DNA of 64,000 bases from a virus (IMGVR_UViG_3300044655_001017); one strand, 5' to 3'. Shown: positions 46,497 to 55,464, counted from the stretch's first letter. Notes: a model not told the origin generated them from the sequence alone. A program made the numbers and translations.

Positions 46497-46849
46497 AATG
46501 CAAGTTTATCTAAATCTTTTTCGAACTCTGGATATACTTCAGCTAACCGATCTGCAGAGATACTTTCATACTCTTTGTTAAGTTTCTTATTGATTAGTTT
46601 GCCAATAGTACTAAACCTACTGTAACGATCAGAGTTATAGTCTAACGATGGTGGATAATATCCTAATCGAGTCATCGATTGCAACTTGCCACCTCTTCTG
46701 CCCCAAGCAATTACATAATCAGAATACCATTCTTGTTGTTGATGTTTACCTAACTCAAGTACAACCCAAACGGTTTCTACTTTACCAGTTGTCTTTAAAC
46801 CTGCAAATGTAATTTTCATGTTAGTCCTATAAAACTTGATAGGTGGCAC
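46475..46849 (-). CDS. Hypothetical protein, tandem paralog B
   Basis: Same motifs. Confidence 0.7.
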   Translation of the reverse strand: MPPIKFYRTNMKITFAGLKTTGKVETVWVVLELGKHQQQEWYSDYVIAWGRRGGKLQSMTRLGYYPPSLDYNSDRYSRFSTIGKLINKKLNKEYESISADRLAEVYPEFEKDLDKLAFWETLKL

Positions 46850-47060
46850 GACCTCGATTAATAAATAGCTGCCGATTTGAACCTACACATCTGCAACAAT
46901 TCTTGTTACCAAGTTGAGAATGATCATTTGGCTGGAGACTACCTAAGTTAAAATCAGGAAATCTTGCCGACACTAATTCTTTTATCTTGGCATACGATAG
47001 TTCTTGGCCTTTATATGGTTGTAAGGCAACTAAAATCATATCATGATTTGTTAGCTTCAT
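46827..47060 (-). CDS. Small hypothetical, possibly winged-helix
   Basis: GGAG RBS. Confidence 0.5.
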   Translation of the reverse strand: MKLTNHDMILVALQPYKGQELSYAKIKELVSARFPDFNLGSLQPNDHSQLGNKNCCRCVGSNRQLFINRGRATYQVL

Positions 47061-47210
47061 TCTGTAACTCCTGTGCTTTTTGTTTCAATGCTTCAATTCT
47101 ATGAAAGAAATCCTCACTAAGAGGAGTTATCTGATTGTTGTAATTTATGTAATCTTCAAGTGCCTTGATTACATTGTTTTCAAATACTTCGCTCTTGAGC
47201 ACAGGGCCTC

Positions 47211-47471
47211 CTAATTGATTGTAAAATATCCAGTGCGTTTACCTTTTAGTGTATAGAAACACGCATATCGCCTACCTGGTTCATACGTGTCACTGTTAGC
47301 AGTTGCGTATACGATAAGTTCTAAGTTAGGACCACGTTCTTGCATATGAGGTCCATCTAATGTTACTTTACCATTGTGAGGTAAGTCTGTTTCAGCAATA
47401 CGAATCTTGTAGTTGTCAACTTCTACGATACGTTTCTTTACAACTGGCTTTTTAACTTTAGCGTCTGCCAT
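47211..47471 (-). CDS. Hypothetical protein
   Basis: Coupled. Confidence 0.55.
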   Translation of the reverse strand: MADAKVKKPVVKKRIVEVDNYKIRIAETDLPHNGKVTLDGPHMQERGPNLELIVYATANSDTYEPGRRYACFYTLKGKRTGYFTIN

Positions 47472-48058
47472 TATTCGTTCTCCTCAAAGTAACATTCTGG
47501 AATCATATCGTCAATGTTGAATTCTTCTTTCAACAGTTCTTCTAATGTTTCTGGATCAATGCGATCAAGTAACAACTTAATCATATACACTGGTTCAACT
47601 ACACCATCAGCTACCATTGCTACTACTGCATCTCTTGCACTGTAGGATGTTGTTGTTTCATCTGGGCGAATATAATCAGTATACTCAACTTTTGTAGCTT
47701 TTAAACGATCTGCAAGTAACAAGAATTCTGCGCAATGTTCTGACACATACCATGTGTCATCTTTTATTAAATAGAAAAACTCAGAATCATCATACCAATC
47801 TACAAACTCATGTTCAGATGCAAACTCATGTGCTTCAATATCATCTTCGTTGCGATCGCGTCCGTAAAACTCAGTATCTTCAATTGTTTCGCCTAATGAG
47901 CTTATGTCACCTAGATCACATAAATCGCCTACACCAATTAAGTCATAGTTCTCAATAAGTGTTTTACCAACATGTGATAAGTATCCGTCCCAATGACAAT
48001 ATACTGCACGGACAGTACCATCGTTTCTCATATAACCAATTGCGCTACGTGTTGCCAT
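47471..48058 (-). CDS. Conserved phage protein (M.TRS..G...YCHWDGY type)
   Basis: Motif plus AGGAG RBS. Confidence 0.7.
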   Translation of the reverse strand: MATRSAIGYMRNDGTVRAVYCHWDGYLSHVGKTLIENYDLIGVGDLCDLGDISSLGETIEDTEFYGRDRNEDDIEAHEFASEHEFVDWYDDSEFFYLIKDDTWYVSEHCAEFLLLADRLKATKVEYTDYIRPDETTTSYSARDAVVAMVADGVVEPVYMIKLLLDRIDPETLEELLKEEFNIDDMIPECYFEENE

Positions 48059-48145
48059 GTTATGCTCCTGTATATACAGCAGGGCCTTGCTTGCTGTAGT
48101 GTTTAAAAAAATATAGTATAACAACTATTTGTTGATTTGTAAAGA

Positions 48146-48418
48146 CTATTTTACTTCACGTACCGGAACTGCCTTATTCTGCATAGCCGGTTCAACTTTA
48201 AAGAAATAATTGTTTTCATAATAAGCTTCTAAAGGCATTGTAGTTGTAGACGAATATTGCCATTCGTCTACCGTAGGTAACCTCCAATCATTATGCCCAT
48301 TATGATTACAGGTAAGGCAATACAGCCAAGCCTCTTCATAGTTGTTTACTATACGTGGCGGAGCACGATCAATCTTATAATCAATAATCATATGTCCCTT
48401 ACTGGTTGGCAGAACCAC
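48146..48418 (-). CDS. mini-CLec/DUF1566-like family member
   Basis: EAWLYC, DWRLPT, VPVRE. Confidence 0.75.
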   Translation of the reverse strand: MVLPTSKGHMIIDYKIDRAPPRIVNNYEEAWLYCLTCNHNGHNDWRLPTVDEWQYSSTTTMPLEAYYENNYFFKVEPAMQNKAVPVREVK

Positions 48419-48597
48419 TCTAGTTCCAGTTCTGGAAATCTATCTTCAAACCAACTCATTGTTATTTTAGAAGTTTCATATTCTCGATAAGTTGGCAATC
48501 GCCAATCTTTATGCCCATTATAGTCAAGTGTTAGGCAGTGCAGCCAAGCTTGGTCATGACTCATATCTTTTTCTATTTTTGGTGCATATTCAATCAT
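48388..48597 (-). CDS. mini-CLec/DUF1566-like family member
   Basis: AWLHC, DWRLPT, QPVRD. Confidence 0.75.
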   Translation of the reverse strand: MIEYAPKIEKDMSHDQAWLHCLTLDYNGHKDWRLPTYREYETSKITMSWFEDRFPELELEWFCQPVRDI

Positions 48598-49106
48598 TTT
48601 ATATCCCTTACTGGTCTAACGTATAGGCCACCGTGGAACTTAAAGTTAGGGTATCTGCTACCATTTTCAAAACTCTGACTCCAAGCAGTATCTACACTTT
48701 GTTCATTAGAAGCCCAGTATCGACCACTACGAAAATCATTATCTGATTCATAGATTTGATTTAGTTCTTCTTTTGTTGGAAGTCGCCAATCAGTTTTTCC
48801 ATCAAAGTTAAGAAATAAACAATATGTTCGTGCAGTATCCCAACTACATGACTCCTCGGCAGATTTTGGTGCTATTTCAATATTCATATTATTCTCTTCT
48901 ACCGACCATTCTACATAGTCAATCAAATTTTGAATATCGCTGCGTAGGACTGTTGCACGGCATTGCCATTGATTATTCTCGGTTACGAGTTTGTCTTCGA
49001 GTGATTCAGAAGTAGCTAAAAGATTATTGAGTTTTAGTATTAGGATTTCTTTATGTGATAGGGATTTTCTCATCGTAGTTCTCCAGTTAAGTTTTGCATA
49101 TGGCAA
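48594..49106 (-). CDS. Coiled-coil fused to a full DUF1566 domain with drifted VR-like end
   Basis: Internal MNIEIAP; YWASNE..AW...F..G...K...YVRPVRD. Confidence 0.8.
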   Translation of the reverse strand: MPYAKLNWRTTMRKSLSHKEILILKLNNLLATSESLEDKLVTENNQWQCRATVLRSDIQNLIDYVEWSVEENNMNIEIAPKSAEESCSWDTARTYCLFLNFDGKTDWRLPTKEELNQIYESDNDFRSGRYWASNEQSVDTAWSQSFENGSRYPNFKFHGGLYVRPVRDIK

Positions 49107-49143
49107 TTATCAGTTCAAGCACCGTTAGGTGCGACTTCAAAGT

Positions 49144-49437
49144 TCATATTATGTCCCTTATTGCTCTAACGTAGTAGCTGCCGCCGTTCTTACTGGAGCT
49201 GAACTGGGTGCCACTGGTGAAAACCTGACCCCAGGCGCTGCTGCCATTGTACTCAGTAGAGGACCAGTAGTAGGCATCAATGAAATCATTTTTTGAATGG
49301 TAGATATAATCTAATTCCTCTTTAGTAGGCAGTCTCCATCCTTTCTTTCCATCTATTTCAAGAAAAAAACAATACATAACTGCTTCATCCCACGTGGCTT
49401 GTATCTCCGTTGTTTTTGGTGCTATTTCAATATTCAT
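49144..49437 (-). CDS. DUF1566 (Lcl C-terminal, CLec fold) protein; candidate DGR target
   Basis: GWRLPTKEEL, YWSSTE, AWGQVF..G, K, YVRAIR; C-terminal codons NNY, ~57% GC. Confidence 0.85.
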   Translation of the reverse strand: MNIEIAPKTTEIQATWDEAVMYCFFLEIDGKKGWRLPTKEELDYIYHSKNDFIDAYYWSSTEYNGSSAWGQVFTSGTQFSSSKNGGSYYVRAIRDII

Positions 49438-49781
49438 GTTATGTCCCTTACTGGAATCGCAGTAAACAGTTCGTCAAGATCAAAGTCGTCAACGGTATCT
49501 TCGTGTGTCCAAAACCCCCAATGATCAGCATCAAACCAATAGGAATTAAACTCCTCTAACTCTGGAAGGACTTCGGGATTCTCAAAATCATTACCCGGAT
49601 CTACTGTGTTTACTAACATGTCAGCTTCTTCATTAGTTGGCAATCGCCATCCTTTCTTTCCATCAATTTCAAGGAATAGGCAATACATTGCTCCTTGGTC
49701 GTAAGGAGTGTCTGCTAACCATTTGTCGCGTGGTGCTATTTCAAAGTTCATTTTATGTCCCTCACAGGTTTTACATACCAC
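49434..49781 (-). CDS. mini-CLec/DUF1566-like member with acidic insert
   Basis: MNFEIAP, GWRLPT, IPVRD. Confidence 0.75.
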   Translation of the reverse strand: MVCKTCEGHKMNFEIAPRDKWLADTPYDQGAMYCLFLEIDGKKGWRLPTNEEADMLVNTVDPGNDFENPEVLPELEEFNSYWFDADHWGFWTHEDTVDDFDLDELFTAIPVRDIT

Positions 49782-49990
49782 TTGCGTTTAGTAATCTCAG
49801 CATCTTTATACCAAGAGTTCCCATCTACAAATTCATGAAAGGTCGGAAGTCGCCATCCTTTCTTACCATTGTAAGTAAACCAGAAGCAATACATTATTGC
49901 TTCATCATAAGTCATTTTGTTTTCGGATCTTGGTCCATGTTCTACGTGTGCCATAGTTATGTACTCCGTAAGGTTTGTAAATAAAAACAT
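49748..49990 (-). CDS. mini-CLec/DUF1566-like family member
   Basis: YDEAIMYC, GWRLPT, KPVRD. Confidence 0.75.
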   Translation of the reverse strand: MFLFTNLTEYITMAHVEHGPRSENKMTYDEAIMYCFWFTYNGKKGWRLPTFHEFVDGNSWYKDAEITKRKWYVKPVRDIK

Positions 49991-50027
49991 ATTATAGCAA
50001 AATATTTATTAGTAAGCAAATGGTAAT

Positions 50028-50246
50028 TTAGTCAGAGTCCCGCACTGGGGTTACTTTGAAAAGATCAGATGTTGATGATCTAACATCATCTTGATGCCAT
50101 CCCCATATTTTGACAGAAGAATTATATTCTTCTCTTGTAGGTAGTCTCCATCCTTTTTTGCCGTCTACAATAAGAAAAAAGCAGTACATCATTGCTTCAT
50201 CGTATGTAAATTGTTTATCAATTGTTGGTAATATTTCTATGCTCAT
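50028..50246 (-). CDS. mini-CLec/DUF1566-like family member
   Basis: YDEAMMYC, GWRLPT, TPVRD. Confidence 0.75.
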   Translation of the reverse strand: MSIEILPTIDKQFTYDEAMMYCFFLIVDGKKGWRLPTREEYNSSVKIWGWHQDDVRSSTSDLFKVTPVRDSD

Positions 50247-50427
50247 GTTACAGCGGGGCCTATAGTTCGAACTGGTAATACAAATGCTGGAAAGTTATTC
50301 TTCCGTGAAGCGGCATGCCATCCGTGTATGTATGGATCATTACGAAATTCATATGGGGTAAACATTCGCCAATCATACATGTCTTTATATGTACAGGTAG
50401 CACAGTATAACCATGCGCTGTCTCAAT
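50243..50427 (-). pseudogene. 5'-truncated mini-CLec gene
   Basis: AWLYCATCTYKDMYDWRM...LPVRT in frame, preceded by in-frame TGA; no MIE start. Confidence 0.7.
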
Positions 50428-50486
50428 CCATTTTATAGTTAGAATAATCTAAGTATTCTAAGTGTGTATTGTAAGCTAAATCTCTT

Positions 50487-50699
50487 CTAATCATTTACAT
50501 CTCTCACTGGTAGTACCTGGGCTATTAAATGCGACACGCCGGTGACTTCAAACCATTTTTCTCTTGGTTTATACTCTATAAACTCACGTCGTGTCATCAT
50601 TCTCCAATCATACTTATTGTAGAGAGTAGTAGTGATACAAAAGAGCCAGGCTTCATCGTATGTTAGAAAATGATCAGAACCTATTCCTGATTCAATCAT
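50487..50699 (-). CDS. mini-CLec/DUF1566-like family member
   Basis: YDEAWLFC, DWRM, LPVRD. Confidence 0.75.
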   Translation of the reverse strand: MIESGIGSDHFLTYDEAWLFCITTTLYNKYDWRMMTRREFIEYKPREKWFEVTGVSHLIAQVLPVRDVND

Positions 50700-50706
50700 A
50701 ATAATC

Positions 50707-51411
50707 CTATTTTGTTCTAATTACAAACCCACTAGTGTCTTTACGTGCGCGACCTTTTGCCTTAAGACCTACAATTACACCTGTCGGATCAAGGAATCGT
50801 AAGTCAGTGTCGTCGCCATCAAATACAGTCATACCATCGTATGTTGCTGGAGTTTTATCAAATACATAAGCAACATTCATACCGTTAGCAATAGCATAAT
50901 CAACCTCTGCTTGATTAGACTCGCCTCTAGAGAATGTTAAATGATAGTTATGGATGTGTCCAACTTTACGATGCAACACCTTAGTGTAGTCGTAGAATTG
51001 AACAGTTGGAAATAGTTCAAAGATATTCTTACCGTTAATTTTGTATTTCTCCCATGAGAGATCACTTGTGCCATTGAGGCGAAATACAGGAATAAGACCT
51101 TTCTTTGTAGCTTGTTTGATTGCACGTTGGATGTCAAGCACTAGAGCTTCTAAGAAGCTGTCGCGTCCGGTAGCAAACCATTTTGTTTTGCGTATGCGAG
51201 CTTGTTGAACTACACTGTCTTCAATGTCAGTGTACATGCCGCCGTGACCTGAAGTGTTTAGGCAACCTATTTTGCAACCTAGTGTTGCTTTTGGGCAAGT
51301 GTTGATAACACCACTGAGATCAGATGGTGATAAGTGTAAGACATAAGTAGCATATCCTAATTTAACACCTTTTTGTGTTTTGATGTTGCTAGTTGATAGT
51401 AAAAGAAACAC
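50707..51411 (-). CDS. GP88-like phage protein
   Basis: CP.A..GC..GCL, RLNGTSDL.WE, FYDYTK, HLTFS, DGD..D.RF.D...VGLKAKG. Confidence 0.7.
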   Translation of the reverse strand: MFLLLSTSNIKTQKGVKLGYATYVLHLSPSDLSGVINTCPKATLGCKIGCLNTSGHGGMYTDIEDSVVQQARIRKTKWFATGRDSFLEALVLDIQRAIKQATKKGLIPVFRLNGTSDLSWEKYKINGKNIFELFPTVQFYDYTKVLHRKVGHIHNYHLTFSRGESNQAEVDYAIANGMNVAYVFDKTPATYDGMTVFDGDDTDLRFLDPTGVIVGLKAKGRARKDTSGFVIRTK

Positions 51412-51480
51412 TGTAAGCTCCGCGTGTTAGTAAGTAAAAACATATTATAACAAACTACACGCGGATGTGCAAGCAGTTAT

Positions 51481-52527
51481 TTATTCATCCTCTTCGTGCC
51501 AAGCGTCTTCATACTTTTGAATTAAGTCTTGAATTTGGCTATCATCGAGATGTGTAAGTGCCTCTTTGAGAAACTTAGAAATTACTGCTTCAGGTTGGCC
51601 TTCAAGATAACTTAGTAAGATATCTGTTTTACTAAATTCATCTTCAAATAGTTCTTTTTGTTTAAAGAACCCTGTTGCTTTTAAATAAGCAATAGCTTCT
51701 GCTTTAGTTGAACCGCCAGTGTATTCAAATACACTGTCCGTAGTTTCACACCAGTTATTAGACCAATCTGGAATAATCGCTTCTAAATACTCTGAGATGG
51801 GTTGAAAATCAAGATATTCGTGGTCATCCCAAAACTTTTGCGATACTACATTGATAGTAGGAGCGTCGTTAGGGAACCATGCACCAGTGAACTGATATAG
51901 ATACTGAGTGTATACATGGTAGGCATCACGATCATCTTGTTCTTGATCTTTTTCAGCATCAGTCTTTTTAACACCTACACCAAATACCTTTTTAGCGGCA
52001 GTATCAAGAATATCTTTTAATGGAATCTTAATAGTACCTGGAGTACTTGTTATTGTCGTAGTAGCTGGATTTGCTGTATCGTCATCATCGATTTCAGGTA
52101 ACTCAGGTTCAACGTATTCCCATGTGCCGGTGCCAATCTCATCTTCAGGTTGTAATTCGAATGGACTAGTTAGTTCTAGCTCAATCTGAGTTAAGCCAAT
52201 TCCATCTGCAACCGATTCATAGAGTGTTGCCTTTTTGCTAGGCGTAAGATATTTGATTAAATGATTAAACTCTTGTTCAAATAACATAGTTGTTTGAAAG
52301 TTACGAGCAGTTGGCTGCAGTAATCCTTCGTCAATTGAATAGTAATAACCGTATACTGCCATAACAGGATCAAGATTAGTCTGTAAGAATGTAATAAACT
52401 TATTTGATAATTTAGGATTATCATGTACTTGTTGAGCTAACTCTTTAATAACTGAAGCTTGCATGTCTGATGGCAATGATTTTATATCGCCGTGTACGTT
52501 ATCAAAAATGGTTATTTCTGCTGTCAT
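51481..52527 (-). CDS. Large acidic hypothetical protein
   Basis: 348 aa, AGGAG RBS. Confidence 0.65.
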   Translation of the reverse strand: MTAEITIFDNVHGDIKSLPSDMQASVIKELAQQVHDNPKLSNKFITFLQTNLDPVMAVYGYYYSIDEGLLQPTARNFQTTMLFEQEFNHLIKYLTPSKKATLYESVADGIGLTQIELELTSPFELQPEDEIGTGTWEYVEPELPEIDDDDTANPATTTITSTPGTIKIPLKDILDTAAKKVFGVGVKKTDAEKDQEQDDRDAYHVYTQYLYQFTGAWFPNDAPTINVVSQKFWDDHEYLDFQPISEYLEAIIPDWSNNWCETTDSVFEYTGGSTKAEAIAYLKATGFFKQKELFEDEFSKTDILLSYLEGQPEAVISKFLKEALTHLDDSQIQDLIQKYEDAWHEEDE

Positions 52528-52529
52528 AG

Positions 52530-52745
52530 TTACTCCTGTGAGGTATGGTTATAGATAAAAAGTTGTACTTCTGCTTCTTGAGATACTTCGCTGTCATCTC
52601 TATCTGCTCCACATTCATTGCAATGGTGTTGTTTTACTGATCTTAGATATGCATGTGAGCAATCACAATCCCAATATGAATAATTTAAAATCATATCATC
52701 AATAACCATTACATTATCTCCTTGCGGATTTGTTCCAATTAGCAT
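52530..52745 (-). CDS. Zn-finger protein, paralog of 38476
   Basis: YWDCDC...HCNEC. Confidence 0.6.
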   Translation of the reverse strand: MLIGTNPQGDNVMVIDDMILNYSYWDCDCSHAYLRSVKQHHCNECGADRDDSEVSQEAEVQLFIYNHTSQE

Positions 52746-52783
52746 TGTAACTCCTTGTGTTGTTGTAAAGTGTTTATTATATA

Positions 52784-53044
52784 TTAGTGTGTTTTATTTG
52801 TCAAACGGTATTCTATCCGAATAGAGTCCCAAGGCAATCCGTCAATTACATTATTAGGGATTAATGTCAGTGAGCGGTATATTTGATCGTGATTAGGAAT
52901 GATAATGCGTCGTTCAATCTTTTCAGAATCTGCTAAATCAGTTAGCATCCTTGCAAAATCATATGGATCACATCTACACAGGTCGTAAAGTTCTATTGGA
53001 GTCTTTGCACCAGATTGAAGTGCAGATAAGATAATTTTTTGCAT
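52784..53044 (-). CDS. Hypothetical, possibly winged-helix
   Basis: AGGAG RBS. Confidence 0.55.
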   Translation of the reverse strand: MQKIILSALQSGAKTPIELYDLCRCDPYDFARMLTDLADSEKIERRIIIPNHDQIYRSLTLIPNNVIDGLPWDSIRIEYRLTNKTH

Positions 53045-53151
53045 AACTTCTCCTTTTTACTGTGTGAATGTTTAAAACAAATTAAAGTATAAAGTAAACT
53101 TTACAATTTGTCAACTGAAAGTTTACTCTATACATGTTACAGCGGGGCCTT

Positions 53152-54231
53152 TTACCAGAACTTTACTTTTTTAAGTGCTTTATTCATTTCATTTGCTGCG
53201 CGATCGGCTGCTTCTCTAGCTTCGTTAGCTACACGATCTGCTTCTCTAGCTGCACTTTCTGCGGCTTCTTGTGCTGCTCTAGTTGCTCGTTCAGATGCTT
53301 CTTGTGCTTCTCTAATTGCTCTTTCAGATGCTTCTTGTGCTTCTCTAGCTGCGCGTTGTGCTTGCTCAAGTGCTTCTCTAGCTGCACGATCTGCTTGTTC
53401 TTGAGCTGCTCTTGCAATGCGATTAGCTTCTTCATTAGCAATGCGGGCAGCTTCTTGAGCTTCTTTAGCAACAATTTCCGCTTGCTCATGCGCAAAACGA
53501 GCTGACTCTAATGCTGCTTGATCAACTGCGTCTACAACTGGAGTAGTATCAACTGATAATTCAGCATTAAATTCTACACCAGCTAATAACTCTATTTCAC
53601 CTTCTACACCTATGCTAACGGTATTGCCGTGTACAGTTGCACCACCTCCAACTTCTGCACCAGCTTGTAATCCAATACTAACACCTGCACCTGCTTCAGC
53701 AGTTACGCCATGGCTTTCTGCTACTGCATTAGCTTCTACACCAACACTTGCACCTACTGATGCTCCTGCGTGTCCTTCTGCGCCATGTAACCCGACTGAT
53801 GCTTCGGCTTCAACACCGGCATGAGCTTCAGCATACGCGCCACCCGAAACACTAACTGTACCAACATCTTCATTACCAACTGATGCACTTGCTCCAACTT
53901 CAGCACGAGCTTCAACACTTGCACTAGCTTCAACAACTACATCTGTACCTGTCCATCCTGCACTTGCTTCAGCAGTAGCTTCAACTTCTGCAGTAGCGTG
54001 TGCTTCAGCTTCTAATGTAACATCACCTACTGTAACACTTGCACCGGCTTCTGCGCCAATACTTGCACCTGCGTGTGCTTCTGCTGATGCGCTTGTATCA
54101 GTTACTTCCGCACTTGCACCTGCGTGTGCTTCGGCATATACATCAGCATGTGATTCTTCTGTTATTGTTACGCCATTAAGCGTAACTGACTCTTCTTGGC
54201 TTACACCTGTACCTACTTCTTCTTTTGACAT
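53152..54231 (-). CDS. Ala/Glu/Gly/Val-rich beta-repeat protein with C-terminal coiled coil
   Basis: AEAHAGAS repeats; AAREA.EA.ERA heptads; CTAAATA at 54253-54259. Confidence 0.75.
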   Translation of the reverse strand: MSKEEVGTGVSQEESVTLNGVTITEESHADVYAEAHAGASAEVTDTSASAEAHAGASIGAEAGASVTVGDVTLEAEAHATAEVEATAEASAGWTGTDVVVEASASVEARAEVGASASVGNEDVGTVSVSGGAYAEAHAGVEAEASVGLHGAEGHAGASVGASVGVEANAVAESHGVTAEAGAGVSIGLQAGAEVGGGATVHGNTVSIGVEGEIELLAGVEFNAELSVDTTPVVDAVDQAALESARFAHEQAEIVAKEAQEAARIANEEANRIARAAQEQADRAAREALEQAQRAAREAQEASERAIREAQEASERATRAAQEAAESAAREADRVANEAREAADRAANEMNKALKKVKFW

Positions 54232-54262
54232 AACACTCTCCTTATTGTCTGCTATTTAGCTA

Positions 54263-54697
54263 TCAATAAGTCCACTGCGCAAACTGCTTAAAGAAACGTG
54301 TTATAGGTCCATTGTAATAGTTATACTCATCTTCTGTAACATCTCTTACTAAAACTAATTCTAATGGAGCTCTGAGTGAATTCCAATCAGAGAAATGTCT
54401 AATTACTGATAGGTTCGAACAGTATATAGCTTCATTCATTGTAGGTAGTCGCCATCCTCTCTTTCCATCATGCTTACTCAGCATAAACAAATGCATCGTT
54501 GCTTCATCAGCACTAGAACATAATAGTCCAGTATAAACGATTTCAATGATTTTTTTCTCATAGTGATTAACCGGGACTCCTACAACATAACGCACTCTGT
54601 TGTCGCCATAAGGATTCGTAGGTACGTCAAATTTTAAATATACATTACAATTGAATATTCGGTTAAACCATTTCATATTTGTTCCCTTACTGGACAA
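54263..54697 (-). CDS. mini-CLec/DUF1566-like member with N- and C-terminal extensions
   Basis: IIEI, DEA, GWRLPT, LVRD. Confidence 0.7.
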   Translation of the reverse strand: MSSKGTNMKWFNRIFNCNVYLKFDVPTNPYGDNRVRYVVGVPVNHYEKKIIEIVYTGLLCSSADEATMHLFMLSKHDGKRGWRLPTMNEAIYCSNLSVIRHFSDWNSLRAPLELVLVRDVTEDEYNYYNGPITRFFKQFAQWTY

Positions 54698-54882
54698 ACA
54701 ATTCGAAACTTCTTTACAGTTTTTGCGTTTTCATACCAACCAAGTAATTCATTTCTGCTAGCCCATTCTTTATGAGTTGGCATGCGCCAATCCTTGTGCC
54801 CATTATGTTCTAATATAAGACAGTATACCCATGCTTCGTCATATGTTAGCTGAGGGAAGAACGTTGGGGCGAATTCTATCAT
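54673..54882 (-). CDS. mini-CLec/DUF1566-like family member
   Basis: YDEAWVYC, DWRMPT, CPVRE. Confidence 0.75.
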   Translation of the reverse strand: MIEFAPTFFPQLTYDEAWVYCLILEHNGHKDWRMPTHKEWASRNELLGWYENAKTVKKFRIVCPVREQI

Positions 54883-55232
54883 CCTCTACGCATCCGTGAA
54901 ATCTCAGTTGCTTGCTCTTGGTTGATAACAGGAACTAAATTACTTTTGTGCATTTGCGCACATCCTTTAATCAAAGTACCTGTATACTTAGGAGGTTCAA
55001 TACGACTGCCGCCACCTTTAGTAGTTGTAACTAAACTGGGAGGTTTACTATCACTACCTCTATATGTTGGTGCAGGCGGAGTATATGACTGTTTCTTAAG
55101 TGCGTCTTTAAGAGATTTAGAACTAGATGGTTTGGTAGATAATCCGTGTTGCTTTGCCATAGCTAACCATTGCTTCTCAGCTTCTAATGCTTTACGCTTT
55201 TCTTCAGCTGATTTATACTTTGTTTTTTTCAT
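54879..55232 (-). CDS. Conserved T4-like-phage basic protein
   Basis: YTGTLIKG...MHKSNLVPV....A.EISRMRR. Confidence 0.6.
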   Translation of the reverse strand: MKKTKYKSAEEKRKALEAEKQWLAMAKQHGLSTKPSSSKSLKDALKKQSYTPPAPTYRGSDSKPPSLVTTTKGGGSRIEPPKYTGTLIKGCAQMHKSNLVPVINQEQATEISRMRRG

Positions 55233-55464
55233 TTATATCCCTCACTGGTATAATAAAACAGGTTGCATTATAGTTTAACCACGCAGCGTTAGGCCTACCA
55301 ATATAGTCAACTATATCCCATGTATCAAAGAATTCTAATTTCATTCGTTCGTCATATGTTGGCATCCTCCAATCATACTTGTTATTATGAGTTAGGGTAG
55401 CACAGTACAACCATGCTTCGTCACATGTTATCTTGTGCGGCGATTCGTCTGCATGCTCAATCAT
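55213..55464 (-). CDS. mini-CLec/DUF1566-like family member
   Basis: DEAWLYC, DWRMPT, IPVRD. Confidence 0.75.
   Translation of the reverse strand: MIEHADESPHKITCDEAWLYCATLTHNNKYDWRMPTYDERMKLEFFDTWDIVDYIGRPNAAWLNYNATCFIIPVRDINEKNKV

Noticed and set aside
49119-49132. Hairpin as independent proof of a DGR IMH/cruciform
   Set aside because: Only a 5-bp stem with a loop that is not GRNA, and it overlaps an abortive family start; kept as weak support only
53108-53505. + strand ORFs 53108..53404, 53134..53505 and nested 53229..53495
   Set aside because: Shadow frames of the repetitive Ala/Glu/Arg coiled-coil gene; no RBS or promoter
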